A stretch of 64,000 nucleotides of DNA, taken from assembly GCA_951406725.2 (NCBI GenBank), contig OX597824.1, positions 66,774,001 to 66,838,000 on the forward strand, in the 5' to 3' direction. A program made the position numbers and the translations under genes. The notes under the pieces were generated by a model. That model was given only the letters and a program-made list of their open reading frames with translations. It was not told the origin of the DNA and made no database searches. The stretch is from Octopus vulgaris. Its lineage: Eukaryota. This document shows positions 1-12,889 of this stretch, piece by piece. Each line of letters starts with the position of its first letter. Position 1 is the stretch's first letter.

Positions 1-231
1 CTGGGGCACCACCTTGAAGAACTTTTAGTACTTAGATGTCTTGCAAACAACTTGCACATGCAAGTGCTACCAGTCAAAGACTCTGCATACCAGAAGCCAG
101 GAAGTGTATGGGGTCATCAGGGGAGAATGCACGCCGTTTCGGGGCCTACCTCTCGACGGCATCAATGCGCACTGGTCCCCCTCACTGATATGAGGCCTCG
201 CTTGCTAGATCAGCTGGTTATCAAATAAAGC

Positions 232-516
232 TCAATATTCTTCTAGCTCATCGTCTCTTTTTAACCAAATCCAGTGGCTGGCCTTCTCCACAGTAACTTG
301 GATATCGATTATGATGGTATTGACTTTACAATGAGTTAGGCCTAATGATAACAACAGTTGTCTCACACTGTGTCCAACGAACCCTCTACATCCGACTTTG
401 ATTGGAAAATGCTCTGCTTTCCAGCCTGCGTCTTTACATTCCTCGAGGAGGTTTACATAACGGTCAAACTTTCGAGCTCGAGCAGCATCCATATTATCTT
501 CATGTCCTTTAAGCAT
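232..516 (-). mobile_element. 3' fragment of an RLE-type (HERO/NeSL-like) non-LTR retrotransposon
   Basis: Translation RKFDRY...GWKAEHFPIKVGCRGF...EKASHWIWLKR resembles the C-terminal restriction-like endonuclease of these clades. Confidence 0.75.
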
Positions 517-709
517 CTGTTTAGTGGTCAGGGTGAATGGTCATCTCTCAGAGCTGAATGGTCATCTCTTATACGCTCAGTCATGCAAGGTTGCCCCCTC
601 TTGCCTCTCTTGTATTTATTGACTCTCGAGCCACTACTACACAAACTAGAGACGTTGAGAGGCACCCTGCATGACTTATCATATTGGTCTCTTTATGCTA
701 GACCTTAAA

Positions 710-1100
710 ATAGGTTGTCGGTCATCAATGAGCATCGGCAACCTACCTGATCCGTCATGATATTTAAGTTTTCTTCAATTTTTGCATTTAAAACATCTTC
801 ATCCAATTTTGAAGGTCTTCCACTGCAACTGTCATATTCCAAGCTAAACTGCAGTATTTTCTCCTTTTAAAAAAAAAGGAAAACATTACAATGCAAATAG
901 AAAGTTTTTGCTTATCCAATTCAGATGTCAATAAAGGGTAACCAGAATGAAAGCTAAATATATTTTTAGTCAGAAACGAAGAAGAGATGTGCTACCACTT
1001 CAAGAAAAACCAAAGTTTTAACTGTGTTACTTTTCAGGTGTGTTCAATGAAGTGTTAAAAGATTTAGCTTAAAAACGCTCAGAATTTTCCGGACAACCTA

Positions 1101-1101
<1 letters not shown>
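710..1101 (-). mobile_element. Mariner 5' fragment with TIR
   Basis: Minus strand begins TA-TTAGGTTGTCCGGAAAATTC (mariner-type TIR). Degenerate HTH segment FSLEYDSCSGRPSKLDEDVL. Confidence 0.65.
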
Positions 1102-1323
<222 letters not shown>

Positions 1324-1894
1324 ATGACAGGCTTCTTTCAATTTCCGTCTACTAAATCCATTCCCAAGGATTTGGTTGGCCTGAGACTGTAGTAGAAGAC
1401 ACTAGCCCAAGGTGCTACTCAGTGGGGCTGAACCTGGAACCATGTAGTTGCGAAGCACGCTTCTTACCACACATCTATGCTTGCACCTATTATATATATT
1501 TATATATATAAATAAATAAAATTGAAAACTCCCCAGCAGGCTGTGATAGTCATTGAAAACTAGTTTGTTACTTTTTATTTATTATTTTGTACATTACTTA
1601 ATTATTGGTATATGTTTTTATCTTATATTTAGTTCTTTTCTATATGGTATAATTTAAATATTGATACCAGTGTCGGTGGGACATAAGTGAACCATCCGAT
1701 CGTGGCCGTTGCCAGCGCCACCCCGACTGGCCTCCGTGCCGGTGGCATGTAAAAAGCACCATCCGATCGTGGCCGTTGTCAGCCTCGCCTGGCCCCCATG
1801 CTGGTGGCACATAAAAAGCACCACCCGACCATGGTCGTTGCCAACGCCGCCCCGACTGGCCTCCGCGCCGGTGGCACGTAAAAAGCACCATCCA

Positions 1895-3175
1895 ATCGGT
1901 TACTCTTTGATCACATTGGAGCATCTCTTATTTAAATTCCTGGGGAAGGTTCACATTCCAACGGTCAGGTGGTCAGTCTGTTGCCAGCATCTCCAAGTGG
2001 TGGATTAGGTATGCCGTGGCTCCTAATGCTCAGACATGCTCTTAGGTTACAACACCTGCAACAATTTCTGGATAGTGAGTGTAAGAGGGCTCCATTTGTG
2101 AGGCTTGTCTTTCAGGGGCTTGATCATCTGACTGCTGTGCCTTGTCCCAGTTACTGTATTCAGGGTCTGGATCATTCTGTTCAGTGGTCAGAGTGAATGG
2201 TCATCTCTCAGAGCTGAATGGTCATCTCTCATACGCTCAGTCCTGCAAGGTTGCCCCCTCTTGCCTCTCTTGTATGTATTGACTCTCGAGCCACTACTAC
2301 ACAAACTAGAGACGTTGAGAGGCACCCTGCATGACCTAGGATGTGGGAGATGCATGTTGGCATATGCTGATGATGTCACTGTGGTGGTGTTGAATCATAA
2401 ATACAGAGAAATGATTGGTACCACTCTCAGGGACTGCAAGGCAGTTTCAGGAGCAGTGATTAACCAGGAGAAATCAGTGGGCTTGCCACTCGGCACCTGG
2501 ACAAGCCATCCAACTGCATTGTTGGTATTGAACGGATGGACTGGTTAAATTGCTTGGTGTCTGGTTCAGTGTGGAACTCCAGCTGGACAAAAACTGGGAT
2601 GAGGTAATGAGCAAAGTGACTATTCTCACCCAGAGATGGTCTGAGATAAAGCTTACCCTGAAAGGTCAGGCAGAAGTGGCTTACATGTATATTGCATCTG
2701 TCACCTACTATCGCTTGACTGTCATGCCTTATCCTGGCCACCATCTGATTATGCTGGAGTGTATACACTTCCACTATCTGCTGTCAACACCTGCTGTGTG
2801 GTGGCTTGTGCATGCCATGGTTGATGATACCCAGACATGCGCTGAGGCTATGATATCTCCAGTACTTCCTTGATGGTGAACAGGTGTGGTTGCTGTTTGC
2901 CAGACATGCATTTCCACAGCTAGTTTCTTTAATGGGGCTGCAGTCCTAGGTAAAATGGAGACCGAGGAGGAGCATTTGGAAAGTGGAATGTCTTCAGATG
3001 CTTACAGCCCTCAGCCAATCAGACACTGCGATAGGTGGAATGTCCACTTTAGCTTTTTATAGAGGATTAGTGGAGGGAAAGTATGATGACATTCTTGAAG
3101 AGACCTTGGGCATCAAAGAATATTAGCTTGCCGCTCTTTTCTGGAGAACTATTAGGCTGGGACCGATGGATAATT
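1895..3175 (+). mobile_element. Degenerate L1/Tx1-clade LINE RT fragments (partial duplicate at about 523-676)
   Basis: QGCPLLPLLYVLTLEPLL and AYADD RT motifs, LGVWF...NWDEV...LTLKGQA thumb; stops and frameshifts present. Confidence 0.8.
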
Positions 3176-3184
3176 TGCAATAAT

Positions 3185-3345
3185 CTCTGGCTTTCCAAGT
3201 CAAAAAGTGTTGTACATGGTATTCTTAAGGTCTACGATGATTGTGGTTCGTGTGAAGCAAGAAAGTTTACAGGTAGGCCAAGAAAAACGACCAAGAGAGA
3301 AGATCGTGCTATGGTAAAGTTGGTTAAAAAGGACATTTTGGCCGC
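3185..3345 (+). mobile_element. Tc1 transposase N-terminal fragment
   Basis: SKSVVHGILK...TGRPRKTTKREDRAMVKLVKKD, the GRPR AT-hook motif of Tc1 transposases. Confidence 0.7.
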
Positions 3346-3742
3346 AACTGTATATATATACACTTAAGACTTAATTGTGATCTGAACATAACCACTTCTG
3401 ACACAGAGAATCGGGAGCCCTTTTGGGCATTCTATTTTCCTTGCTGGAAGGGTTCCCAGCCCATGGGCAAAGGGGGGCGGGTTAGATGATGGGGATGGTG
3501 TTTACAAAGGGCTGGCATGTGCAACCTAATCACCTCTGCTGATCAAACTCCCAACCCATGTGCTCCCATCATGACACTGATTATTCAGAACTGGGTTGGG
3601 TGTGAAAACCAACTTTAAATATAAATATAGATGTTTTTGAATCAGCAATATTGTGTTCAGTTAAGTCTTATTTGGGGTGAAAAATCAATAAACTGATTCC
3701 TTATGGGGTTTTCCATTTAATCAGGATAAAAAAGAAATTGAT

Positions 3743-5003
3743 AAACTGAACAATAAACACTGAAAATGCTCTGAGACCAACTTCCGTCACTTTCCAGGGA
3801 GAAAAGCTAGAAATAGTTGATAGTTTCTGTTACCTAGGTGACCAAGTCAGCAGCGGGGGCGGGTGTGCTGAAAGTGTAACTGCTAGAGTAAGAATAGCTT
3901 GGGCAAAGTTCAGAGAGCTCTTACCTCTGCTGGTGACAAAAGGCCTCTCGCACAGAGTGAAAGGCAGACTGTATGATGCGTGTGTACGAACAGCCATGCT
4001 ACATGGCAGTGAAACATGGGCCGTGACTGCTGAGGATATGCGTAAGCTCGCAAGAAATGAAGCCAGTATGCTCCGATGGATGTGTAATGTCAGTACTCAT
4101 ACTCAGCAGAGTGTAAGTACCTTGAGAGGAAAGCTGGACCTAAGAAGCATCAGTTGTGGTTTGCAAGAGAGACGTTTGCGCTGGTATGGTCATGTGGCGA
4201 GAATGGCTGAAGATAGTTGTGTGAAAAAGTGCCACACCCTAGCGGTTGAGGGAACCTGTGGAAGAGGCAGACCCAGGAAAACCTGGGACGAGGTGGTGAA
4301 GCACGACCTTCGAACTTTAGGTCTCACTGAGGAAATGACTAGAGACCGAGTCCTCTGGAAGTGTGATGTGCGCGAGAAGACCCGGCAGGGCAAGTGAGTC
4401 CATAACCCGTGGCCTTCTACATGGGATGGAGCCAGCCTACGTATGCATACCTTCCCTTCTTGGGACACAAAACTCTACTTGTGAAGACCTGTTGAGGCAA
4501 GTGAGGATCAGAATTGAAATCGATCAATGGAAATTGCAGATGTGTTACCAGTGCCGGTGGCATGTCGAAACTCTATTTGTGAAGACCCGTTGAGGCAAGT
4601 GAGGATCAGAATCAATGGAAATCGATCAATGGAAATTACAGATGTGTTACCAGTGCCGGTGGCATGTAAGAGAACCTTCCGTTTCACGACCGTTGCCAGC
4701 ACCGCCCCGTTTCGTGTCCGTTGCCAGCCTCGCCTGGCCCTCGTGCCGGTGGCACATAAAAAGCACCATCCGTTCGTGGCCGTTTGCCAGCTCTGTCTGG
4801 CACCTGTGCGGGTGGCACGTAAAAAGCACCCACTACACTCTCGGAGTGGTTGGCGTTAGGAAGGGCATCCAGCCGTAGAAACACTGCCAGATTTGACTGG
4901 GCCTGATGAAGCCTTCTGGCTTCACAGACCCCAGTAGAACTGTCCAACCCATGCTAGCATGGAAAACGGACGCTAAACGATGATGATGATGATGATGATG
5001 ATG
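3743..5003 (+). mobile_element. 5'-truncated RTE-clade LINE with 3' UTR and (GAT)n tail
   Basis: ORF 3933-4397 has HGSETW...RRLRWYGHV...GRGRPRKTW (RTE C-terminus). 3' UTR has tandem units and a gat-repeat tail; same family as 22406-25853. Confidence 0.92.
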
Positions 5004-5360
5004 ATTCCTTATAGGATTTCCCAATAAAATTTACTATACCCCATTTTCAACCATAACTTTTACCAATTTTGATGTATTTTGTTCAAACTTCATGCCAGCA
5101 CTACTTTGGACTCATGTGATCTTTGAATGCTCTAAGTTCTCCAAAAACGGAAGAAAAAAAAGAAAAAAATCGATAACCCAGTTCCTTATGGAATTATCCA
5201 ATCAAGTTGTCTGCAACTCATTTTCAGCCAAAAGTTTACCAATTTCAACGGATTTCGCCCAGATTTGACATCAATGTTACTTAGTTTGGTTTGAAATAAA
5301 GAACTTGATTAGCTTAATAATCCTAACTTAATCCTGGGCAAAGCTGGGCTATACTGCTAA
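5004..5360 (+). mobile_element. Non-autonomous Helitron-like 3' end
   Basis: Ends cctgggcaaagctgggctatactgctaa, a decayed hairpin plus a CTAG-like terminus similar to that at 49252. Confidence 0.45.
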
Positions 5361-5790
5361 TTATTATTATTATTATTATTATCGTCATTATATGTTTGAC
5401 TTTTGCTTTGTACTTGTACAAGGTGACTCCAAGTCTCACCCAAAGACCTCAAGGGACAACAAGTTAGAAGTTGAAGTTGGTGTTATGATTAGGGTGCATA
5501 TATTTGGTTTTGCTCAAAGTATTGTTCTAGAGAATGTTTAAGAAAACATATGAAAATTATTAAAAGTTTGTTTTAAAATTTGAGATTATATAGACAGTAT
5601 TTTACATAGGATATGGGCAGTTCCCATGAACACTATTTTTTGATTTTCTGCCATTTTTCGATTTCCCCTTTTCCTATCGTTCCTATAGCGCCTATGACAA
5701 CAGGTATTGTATTAGTCTTGAGGCTCCACGTTTTGCCAATTTTTATTTCAAGATCTTTGTACTTATTATCATTTTTACTTTTAATCTGCA
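5360..5790 (-). mobile_element. R4/Dong-like RLE retrotransposon 3' fragment with (TAA)n tail
   Basis: KYKDLEIKIGKTW...IPVVIGAIG motif; tail is a TAA repeat. Confidence 0.7.
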
Positions 5791-5962
5791 TGTTTGTTAC
5801 AGTCACTTGCCAAGACACACCCAGTGTCCTAGGGTGAGTGAAGGATAAGAGATGTTGCAGTATGACTGAAAGCTTAAGGGATGATGGGTAGTGAAATATC
5901 TGTGTGTAATACATGAGGTAGTGAAATATCTACATGTAATACAATGCAGACATTTAAATGGA

Positions 5963-5995
<33 letters not shown>

Positions 5996-6033
5996 CATTA
6001 TTATTTTTATATTTAGTTTCAGTGGCATAAGAG

Positions 6034-6104
6034 ATGTGGAGAATAAAATGTATCCTCAGTGTAAGCTTGATTGCAGTAAGTCTTCACTTGTATATCCCAA
6101 CGAT
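6034..6104 (+). CDS. RNASET2: Ribonuclease T2, coding exon 1 (signal peptide MWRIKCILSVSLIAVSLHLYIPT)
   Basis: ATG at 6034 preceded by an in-frame TAA. Acceptor tttcag ends at 6022. Hydrophobic signal-peptide-like run. Donor AT|GTAAGT is phase 2, matching the next exon (AT+A=Ile, giving ...PTISA|RD). Confidence 0.85.
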
Positions 6105-6569
6105 GTAAGTAAAAGATCTACACTATTAATTTTTCCCTTTTTACAAATAACATTGGCCAACAAAATTAAATGTATTATACTCATTATGAATGCAAACCAA
6201 CTTTTTTAGACTAATTTTTCATTCTGATTTCAAAATTTTACTCCATTTGTGTGCAACATGTATCAGTTTTTCAGTAGATACATGCAAATATTTACATATT
6301 TATATATATGAAGTCATTAGCATAATAAATAAGTACATATTATTTTTAGAAAGCAAAGGAGTTTAATTGAGTTAAAAATCATCATTATCATTCTACAAAG
6401 AGTGAATGCACAAAAAATGGGTCAGACAAAACAAAGTTAGAACAATAGAGTCAGAAACATTGTGATTTGGATTTCCTGTGGTGTTCTTGATCTGGTTGAG
6501 CATGGTAAAGTATCCAGCAATAGTCAGCCAGCATACTGTTACTCCAGAAGCCTTGGTACCATTTCTCCA

Positions 6570-6949
6570 TAGCATTAATGTTCTGGGAATGAAACACCTA
6601 TATGGATATGAATTTCAATAAACACACCACAATTTCTAAACACCATCATGAATTGGAACACCCTGGTACACAACTTAATTCTATGAAGTATATTTGTAAA
6701 GATAACTCCACCATAAAAAATTTTTTAACAACTATGGACCAAATAACAAAACCAGATTTCAACCAATACCTATATTTCTGATAAGATAAACAATTGTAAT
6801 GTCACAGGCAGTCATTACAAGAAAAACATTAACATAGTCGGAAATAGTAACATGAAATAGCCTTTTCACAAAAAAAATCTCTTATTTCTTCACATACTCT
6901 TAATTCTTCACACAACTACATAACCAACTTTAATGATGTTCAATATTTT

Positions 6950-6988
<39 letters not shown>

Positions 6989-7230
6989 GTGATAATAATA
7001 TTAATAATAACAATAATAATAAGAATAATAATGTTAGTGATGGTGTTAATATGAGAGGTAAAAAGAAACCTATACCTTTCAGTCGAATGGGTGATCCTTC
7101 TAATAAAAACCACCATACCAATAAGAAACACAATGATAACATAATTTGGATTATATTTCCTTTTGCTAAACATATGAAGTCTAATTTTATAAAGTCTATT
7201 TGTTCTATTATTAAAACAAATTTTAGTAAA
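6570..7230 (+). mobile_element. Degenerate Penelope-like (Naiad-type) fragment
   Basis: NIIWIIFPFAKHMKSNFIK resembles the IIWFNP...VKSKIG thumb segment seen in the 32-34 kb element. Confidence 0.4.
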
Positions 7231-7902
7231 TCTGCTGCCCTGGGTGAAGAAGGTGGCTGCTAGAAGACTATGCCTTGCAATAGGATTCTGCACCATGTCA
7301 CATAAGCAGGAGAACCCAGTCATGGCTGTCAGATATTTCTGCGACCACATCACTCCTAATATCTGGCCACCTAACTCCCCAGACTGCAACCCCCTTGATT
7401 ATTATGTGTGGGGTGCAGTTGAGTGAGATACCAACAAAGCTCCTTGTAACACAAAAGATGAACTGAAGGCAAGGATTATGGCAGCATTCACCAATTTAAA
7501 CAAGGCGACCGTCCAGAAGAGCTGCAGGAGATGCCAAAGTCGTCTGGAGGCCATGGTTGAAGCCAATGGCGATTTTATTGCATAAATTTACTCTTTAGTA
7601 TTTCAAGATATTTTTACATAATTTTTGGAAATATATCTGTTAAAATGAGGTGTCAGTGTTATTTTCATTTTTGCGTAATTTAGATAACAGTTTATACACC
7701 ACAACCTGTATATAATCACCAAGCAGTACAGCAGGTCGTTTCCAAATTTCTGGCAGAGTGAATTACATAATGGTGCTGTTTTTCTCACAGATGGTGTCCA
7801 ACTGACCCTACTTTATTGTGTATTTGATAAAATCAAAAACAAACAATTTGCTTGTGTGAAATTAAAAATATAAAACGGTGACAATTTACCCATCACACCC
7901 TG
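7230..7902 (+). mobile_element. Tc1/mariner transposase 3' fragment with right TIR
   Basis: WPPNSPDCNPLDYYVWGAVE...LKARI...RLEAMVEANG; ends cacaccctg-TA. Confidence 0.8.
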
Positions 7903-7926
7903 TATATATATGTCTGTGTGTGTGTG

Positions 7927-8240
7927 GAGGTGCAATGGCCCAGTGGTTAGGGCAGCGGACTTGCGGTCGGAGGATTGTGGGTTCGATTCCCAGACCAGGC
8001 GTTGTGTGTGTTTACTGAGCGAAAACACCTAAAGCTCCACGAGATTCCAGTAGGGGGAGGGCGACCCCTGTTGTACTCATTCGCCCCAACTTTCTCTCAC
8101 TCTTTCTTCCTGTTTCTTGAGTTACACTGCGATGGACTGGCATCCCGTCCAGCTGGGGAGAACACATAGGCCATAGAAACTGGGAAATCGGGGCCATGAG
8201 CCTGGCTAGGCTTGAAAAGGGTGCATAAATAAATAAAATA
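7927..8240 (+). mobile_element. tRNA-derived SINE (second copy at 61316-61636)
   Basis: A-box tggcccagtgg and B-box ggttcgattcc in the head, shared body, A-rich tail. Confidence 0.85.
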
Positions 8241-8539
8241 TATATATATGTAATGGCTACAGATTACCTACCTCACCCAATTCTATCTGGTTCATGCAAG
8301 CATGTAAAAGTATATTTTGTACATTATTGAAGGTCTCAAACTTGACAGAGTCGTTGGCAGTAATTTAGTACTGAAGATCAAACTGACAGAAATACTATTC
8401 AAATACGAATACTGAAATCAAATTTTTGTCTCCAAAGATGATGATGCTAGTTTGATCAGTTATGATCTTATAAACACTCATCTCCTTAATTTCTTAATTT
8501 AGTTAATTGCTTTTTTTTTTTTTTTCTCTTTTTTCACAG

Positions 8540-8621
8540 ATCTGCTAGAGATGTGTCTTTTGATTCGTTTGTTTTCTCACAACAATGGCTACCAACTTTT
8601 TGTATGCATGCAGCAGAAGAG
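8540..8621 (+). CDS. RNASET2: Ribonuclease T2, coding exon 2 (SARDVSFDSFVFSQQWLPTFCMHAAEE)
   Basis: Long poly-T tract plus cacag acceptor, donor GAG|GTAAGA. Encodes the FDxFxFxQQWxPTFC N-terminal motif of the T2 family. Confidence 0.95.
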
Positions 8622-9069
8622 GTAAGAATGTAAAATCAAGCAATTTGAAATTTTTTTTTATTCATTCAAATAATTATTTTCATTTTTCTTTTTAAAGTGT
8701 TCACATTTAACCCTGTAATGTATATTTTTAATGACTTTTGACACTTCAGACACTATGCTCTTATAGACAGAAAATGGGAAAATTAAATGCTTGGACATGT
8801 TCTAGTAGTATAGGAACAAGAATGGTGGGGGTCACACTCCACTAAGTACCAGTGTAAAAGTGATACAAAACGTCCTCTATCCTGTCATACATGCTCATTA
8901 AGGTGATAGTACCAAAAGTGCCTTTGCACTCCACCTCCCCAGGAACTGAGAGCCTTTACTATGCTACTGAGAAGATATAAGGACTTTTTACATTTGAACA
9001 ACATTATGGTATGCATGTAATTATAATATCTGGTAGTTGTTGCAAAATGATAAACATTTAGCAATAATC

Positions 9070-9283
9070 TTTTCTAGTCTAGGCACAAGGCCCGAAATTT
9101 GTGGGGAGGGGGCCAGTTGATTAGATTGACCCTAGTGCACACCTGGTACTTAATTTATCGACCCCAAAAGAATGAAAGGCAAAGTCGACCTCGGTGGAAT
9201 TTGAACTCAGAATGTAAAGACAGGTGAAATACCACTAAGCATTTTGCCTGGCGTGCTAACGTTTCTACCAGCTCACCACCTTA
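9070..9283 (-). mobile_element. tRNA-derived SINE with Nin-like central domain (other copies at about 21203+, 30105-, 34035-, 40330+, 48105-, 63470-)
   Basis: Recurrent gagttcaaattccgccgaggtcgactttgcctttcatcc...ggggtcgat...agtacc block in many copies. Confidence 0.85.
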
Positions 9284-9304
9284 AACATTTAGTAATAATG
9301 ACAA

Positions 9305-9690
9305 CAGGTGTGGCTGTATGGTAAAAAGCTTGCTTCTCAACCACATAGTTTTGGGTTCAGTCCTACTGCATGGCATCTTGTGAAGTATCTTCTACTATGA
9401 CCTTGGGTCAACCAAAGCTTTGTGAATGGATTTGGTAGACAGAAACTGAAAGAAGCCCATCATGTGTGTTTGTGTGTGTGTCTTTGTGTCTGTTTTTGTC
9501 CCTCCACTATCACTTAACAACTGATGGTGGTGTGTTTATGTCCCTGTAACTTTGCAATTCAGCAAAACAAAATAATAGAATAAGTACTAAGCTTACCAAG
9601 AATAAGGCCTGGGGTTGATTTCTTCAACTGAAACCTTTAAGGTGGTACTCCAGCTTGGCTGCAGTCAAATTACTGAAACAAGTAAAAAAG
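9305..9690 (+). mobile_element. tRNA/CORE-like SINE (other copies at about 1325-, 20065+, 29445+, 48545+, 56608+)
   Basis: tggctgtgtggt...gggttcagtcccactgc head, followed by the (c)cttgggcaagtgtcttctactatagc core in multiple copies. Confidence 0.85.
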
Positions 9691-10876
9691 TTAAACAGCA
9701 ACCCTTCAAGATTATAGGATACTTGTCCACCCGGTTCTGTAATCTGGGGGTCATTTTGAGAAATTGTTGCAGATCTGTTCCTTCTTGATATTGACCCCAC
9801 TACTGCAAGTTCAAAATGATTGGAGGTAGCATACTCTTGCAGCTATCAGCTGACATTAGAGCTGTTGAAGTTATATTGCCTGTTATAGATACTGAAACCT
9901 GCCTGTTCCACCACTATTTAAACTTTGCTGTATAACCATTGCATAGAAGTCAAAAGAAGTTGTTAGCATTTTTCAAATGTGTTGCTTCAACTTTCTGAAC
10001 GAAAATGGCAATTTAATGTCACTTCTAAAGATGTACTCCAAGGAGTGGCTTATGAAACATCCCTTGGGAATTTGATGCACTTGAGAAGACACCTCAAGCT
10101 AAGTGAAATTGTAGTCATGGCCAGTGCCAGTGACCTGTTGTAGAAGGATCCTAACCACCCCACATGACCAAAAGTGAACTCACACATTTCAATAAAATTA
10201 AGAACTGGTAGTTGACAGTGGGCAGTTGACACGAGGCAGTGGTCAGTTGACAGCATTGATCTTTCATATTGTGTTAGTTTAATATCGTATCTGCATTTGG
10301 CAAAGTATGGACCACGTTCTGTGTGAATATAAATTCTGTAAAAGGTTATTCTAGATAACCATATCCAAATTTTTACACCAATCTGCACTACAACATTATT
10401 GGCAACGAGATATTCAAACTCTCAAAGACATAACCTGACACATGAAAGGCACCTATGCTGGTAACACATAAAAGGCATCTGTGCCAGTGACATGTAAAAA
10501 ACACAAAGTACACTCTATGGAGTGGTTGGCATTAGGAAGGGCACCCAGCTGTAGAAACCAAGCCAAAATAGACAGGAGCCTGATGCAGCTCTCCAGCTTA
10601 CCAGTCCCAGTGAAACTGTCTTACCCATGCCACCATGGAAAACAGATGGTAAATGATGATGATGATGATGATATGTATGTGTGTGTAAGAAATTTTAATA
10701 TTTCAAAGAACATCTCCAATTTCAAAGGAATATCTCCAACTTCAAAATACTAACAAGCTGCAATTTTATTACATAGACTCTTCTTGACATTGACTACTAC
10801 TAGCCTCCCTCAAATTACTGTGATTATACGTGATAAAGTAAATATGACAACTTGAATCTTTTCTTTTAATTTTCAG

Positions 10877-10932
10877 GAAAGAGCTTGTAAAATTCCAGAC
10901 ATGGTGAAAAACTGGGTAATCCATGGAATTTG
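10877..10932 (+). CDS. RNASET2: Ribonuclease T2, coding exon 3 (ERACKIPDMVKNWVIHGIW; CAS I)
   Basis: ttttcag acceptor, TG|GTAAGA donor. Contains the active-site I motif W-x-I-H-G-(L/I)-W-P. Confidence 0.96.
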
Positions 10933-11922
10933 GTAAGAGTCTAGCCTTTTTCATATTTGCAGTCAAGCAATTAGATTGCTAGATTGATGGTTAAATACCT
11001 CATCCATTTCATTATCACTATAATTTTATTTCCATTTTTCTATGTTGGATGTGTCTCATGATATTTCACCTCTTGTCATGGTTTTTTTGTCACCTATCAC
11101 ATACAGAAAACCAGCCAACTCTGTTATCATGTATGTCATTATTTTTGGCATGGTTTCCATAGTTGGATGCTTCTCTCCTCACCAACTTCTTTACACCATA
11201 GACTGAAAGCATTTTGTCATGTCACTAGAAAGTTGTCTTTGACAAGCGTAAACTGTCCTGGCAATCCTGCGTTGCCTCCCTTTTTTTATCTCTTTTTGTT
11301 ATCTCCCTTAGTTTCTTTTTTAATGCTTTTTTTTGCAACTAGATGCCCTTCCAAACACAATCCACTGCAACATTTATTCATGTTGAGCTACGTAGATTGG
11401 TTTCATCTGAATCTGTCAACTCCCTTCCCTAACTCCAGGAATAGTGTGTATTGTTTCCCTTTATTTTCCATAATGGATTAACAAATAGATATTGCTAAAA
11501 TAACCACCAGAAGTGCTAGCAGTGTTATGATCAATTAAAATACTTGAGAGTACTGCCCTAGCTTGGTTGCAGTCTGGTAACTGAAACCAGTAAAAGACTA
11601 TAGAATGCCATTTAATCCCAGCTTGCTGAATGTCTGGTACCCCAGTCATATATTCTGCAATGCTCTTCTACCATCTTAACAACTTGTTACCAAGTTCTAA
11701 ATTTACATAGATATAAAACAGACCCCAAACTTAGATGAAATGTCCACAGGATCTGTTAGATTAACTATCTCCAAGCTTCTTAACAGCTGACTCCTAAATT
11801 GCACCCATAGGCAATTGTTCAACCCAGCACTATAGCTTTTCCTAATATGCCGAGCTGTGACATCAAACCCAGAGCCATGTGGTTGTAAAGTAAACTTTCT
11901 AACTACACAGCTATGCCTACAG

Positions 11923-11970
<48 letters not shown>

Positions 11971-12340
11971 AATCATTGGTGTAACCATGATATTCTGGTG
12001 ACATGATAAGCTGGCTTTCTTTATCTTCATTTATTTGTGAATACACAATTGTACTGTATGATGCATAACATGCATATTAATGCAGGCATGTAAATATAAT
12101 TTATTATACACTGAAATAATTTTCACATTAAGAAGGCTGTGGAATGGCTATAATTCTAAGAATGACAAATGGTAAAATAAATGTATTAACCTCTCATATC
12201 TTCTGACTTACGGTTTATATATATATAACCATTGCTCAGTTCATTTCATTGCCTTTTTCACAGCAACTACAAGAAAGATGTGTCTTTTCACTACCAACAA
12301 TTGAAAGCAATTGCTATATTTCACTGTGTCCTCCACTATC

Positions 12341-12767
12341 CATGATCTCATCTCTTCCTCCCGTATCCCTTATACTGCCTCCAACCTCATTGTCTGAACC
12401 CCTACCATTTACTTCCTCTCCAAAATCCACAAACCTAACAGCCCTGGCAGCCCCATCGTCTCTGCCTGTAACTGCCCCACCGAGCTTATCTCCAAATATC
12501 TTGATTGTGTCCTTGCCCCCTAATGGCTTCTCTCCCTTCTCACATCCATGACACCAACCACGCGCTTTGTCTGTTCAACTCTTTCTCCTTCCCTCCTGGC
12601 CCCTCTAAACTTCTCTTCAATCTCGTCATCCAGAGCCTTTACATGGTGATCCCTCACCACTAGGGGCTGTGTGCACTCAAACATTTCCTCGACTTCCGAC
12701 CCAACCCCTGACCCAACACCTCCACACTCATTTGTCTGGCCAAACTTGTCCTCTCACTCAACTGCTT
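12341..12767 (+). mobile_element. Penelope-like element RT fragment (Neptune/Poseidon type)
   Basis: Translation TIYFLSKIHKPNSPGSPIVSACNCPTELISKYLD...HIHDT...SLY.VIPH matches the PLE YxLPKIHK...RPIVS motif; stops present. Confidence 0.8.
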
Positions 12768-12789
12768 GTCAGTCACGGGCAATTTCTAC

Positions 12790-12827
<38 letters not shown>

Positions 12828-12838
12828 TTTATAGAAGG

Positions 12839-12889
12839 AGCTTCTACAGGACTAGAACTGTTTCATTCAAAAGAAATCATCAGGAAGCT
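12839..12889 (-). ncRNA. Type I hammerhead ribozyme motif (antisense copy)
   Basis: Exact reverse complement of 15492-15542. Confidence 0.8.

Noticed and set aside
5958-6209. ORF MDIIIII... overlapping exon 1
   Set aside because: It starts in an (ATT)n run. The real exon is in a different frame (ATG 6034) that gives a signal peptide and the correct phase.
7927-8000. Apparent tRNA gene (also at 19452 and 61317)
   Set aside because: It continues into a shared SINE body with tail or TSD and lacks a complete cloverleaf; it is a SINE head.
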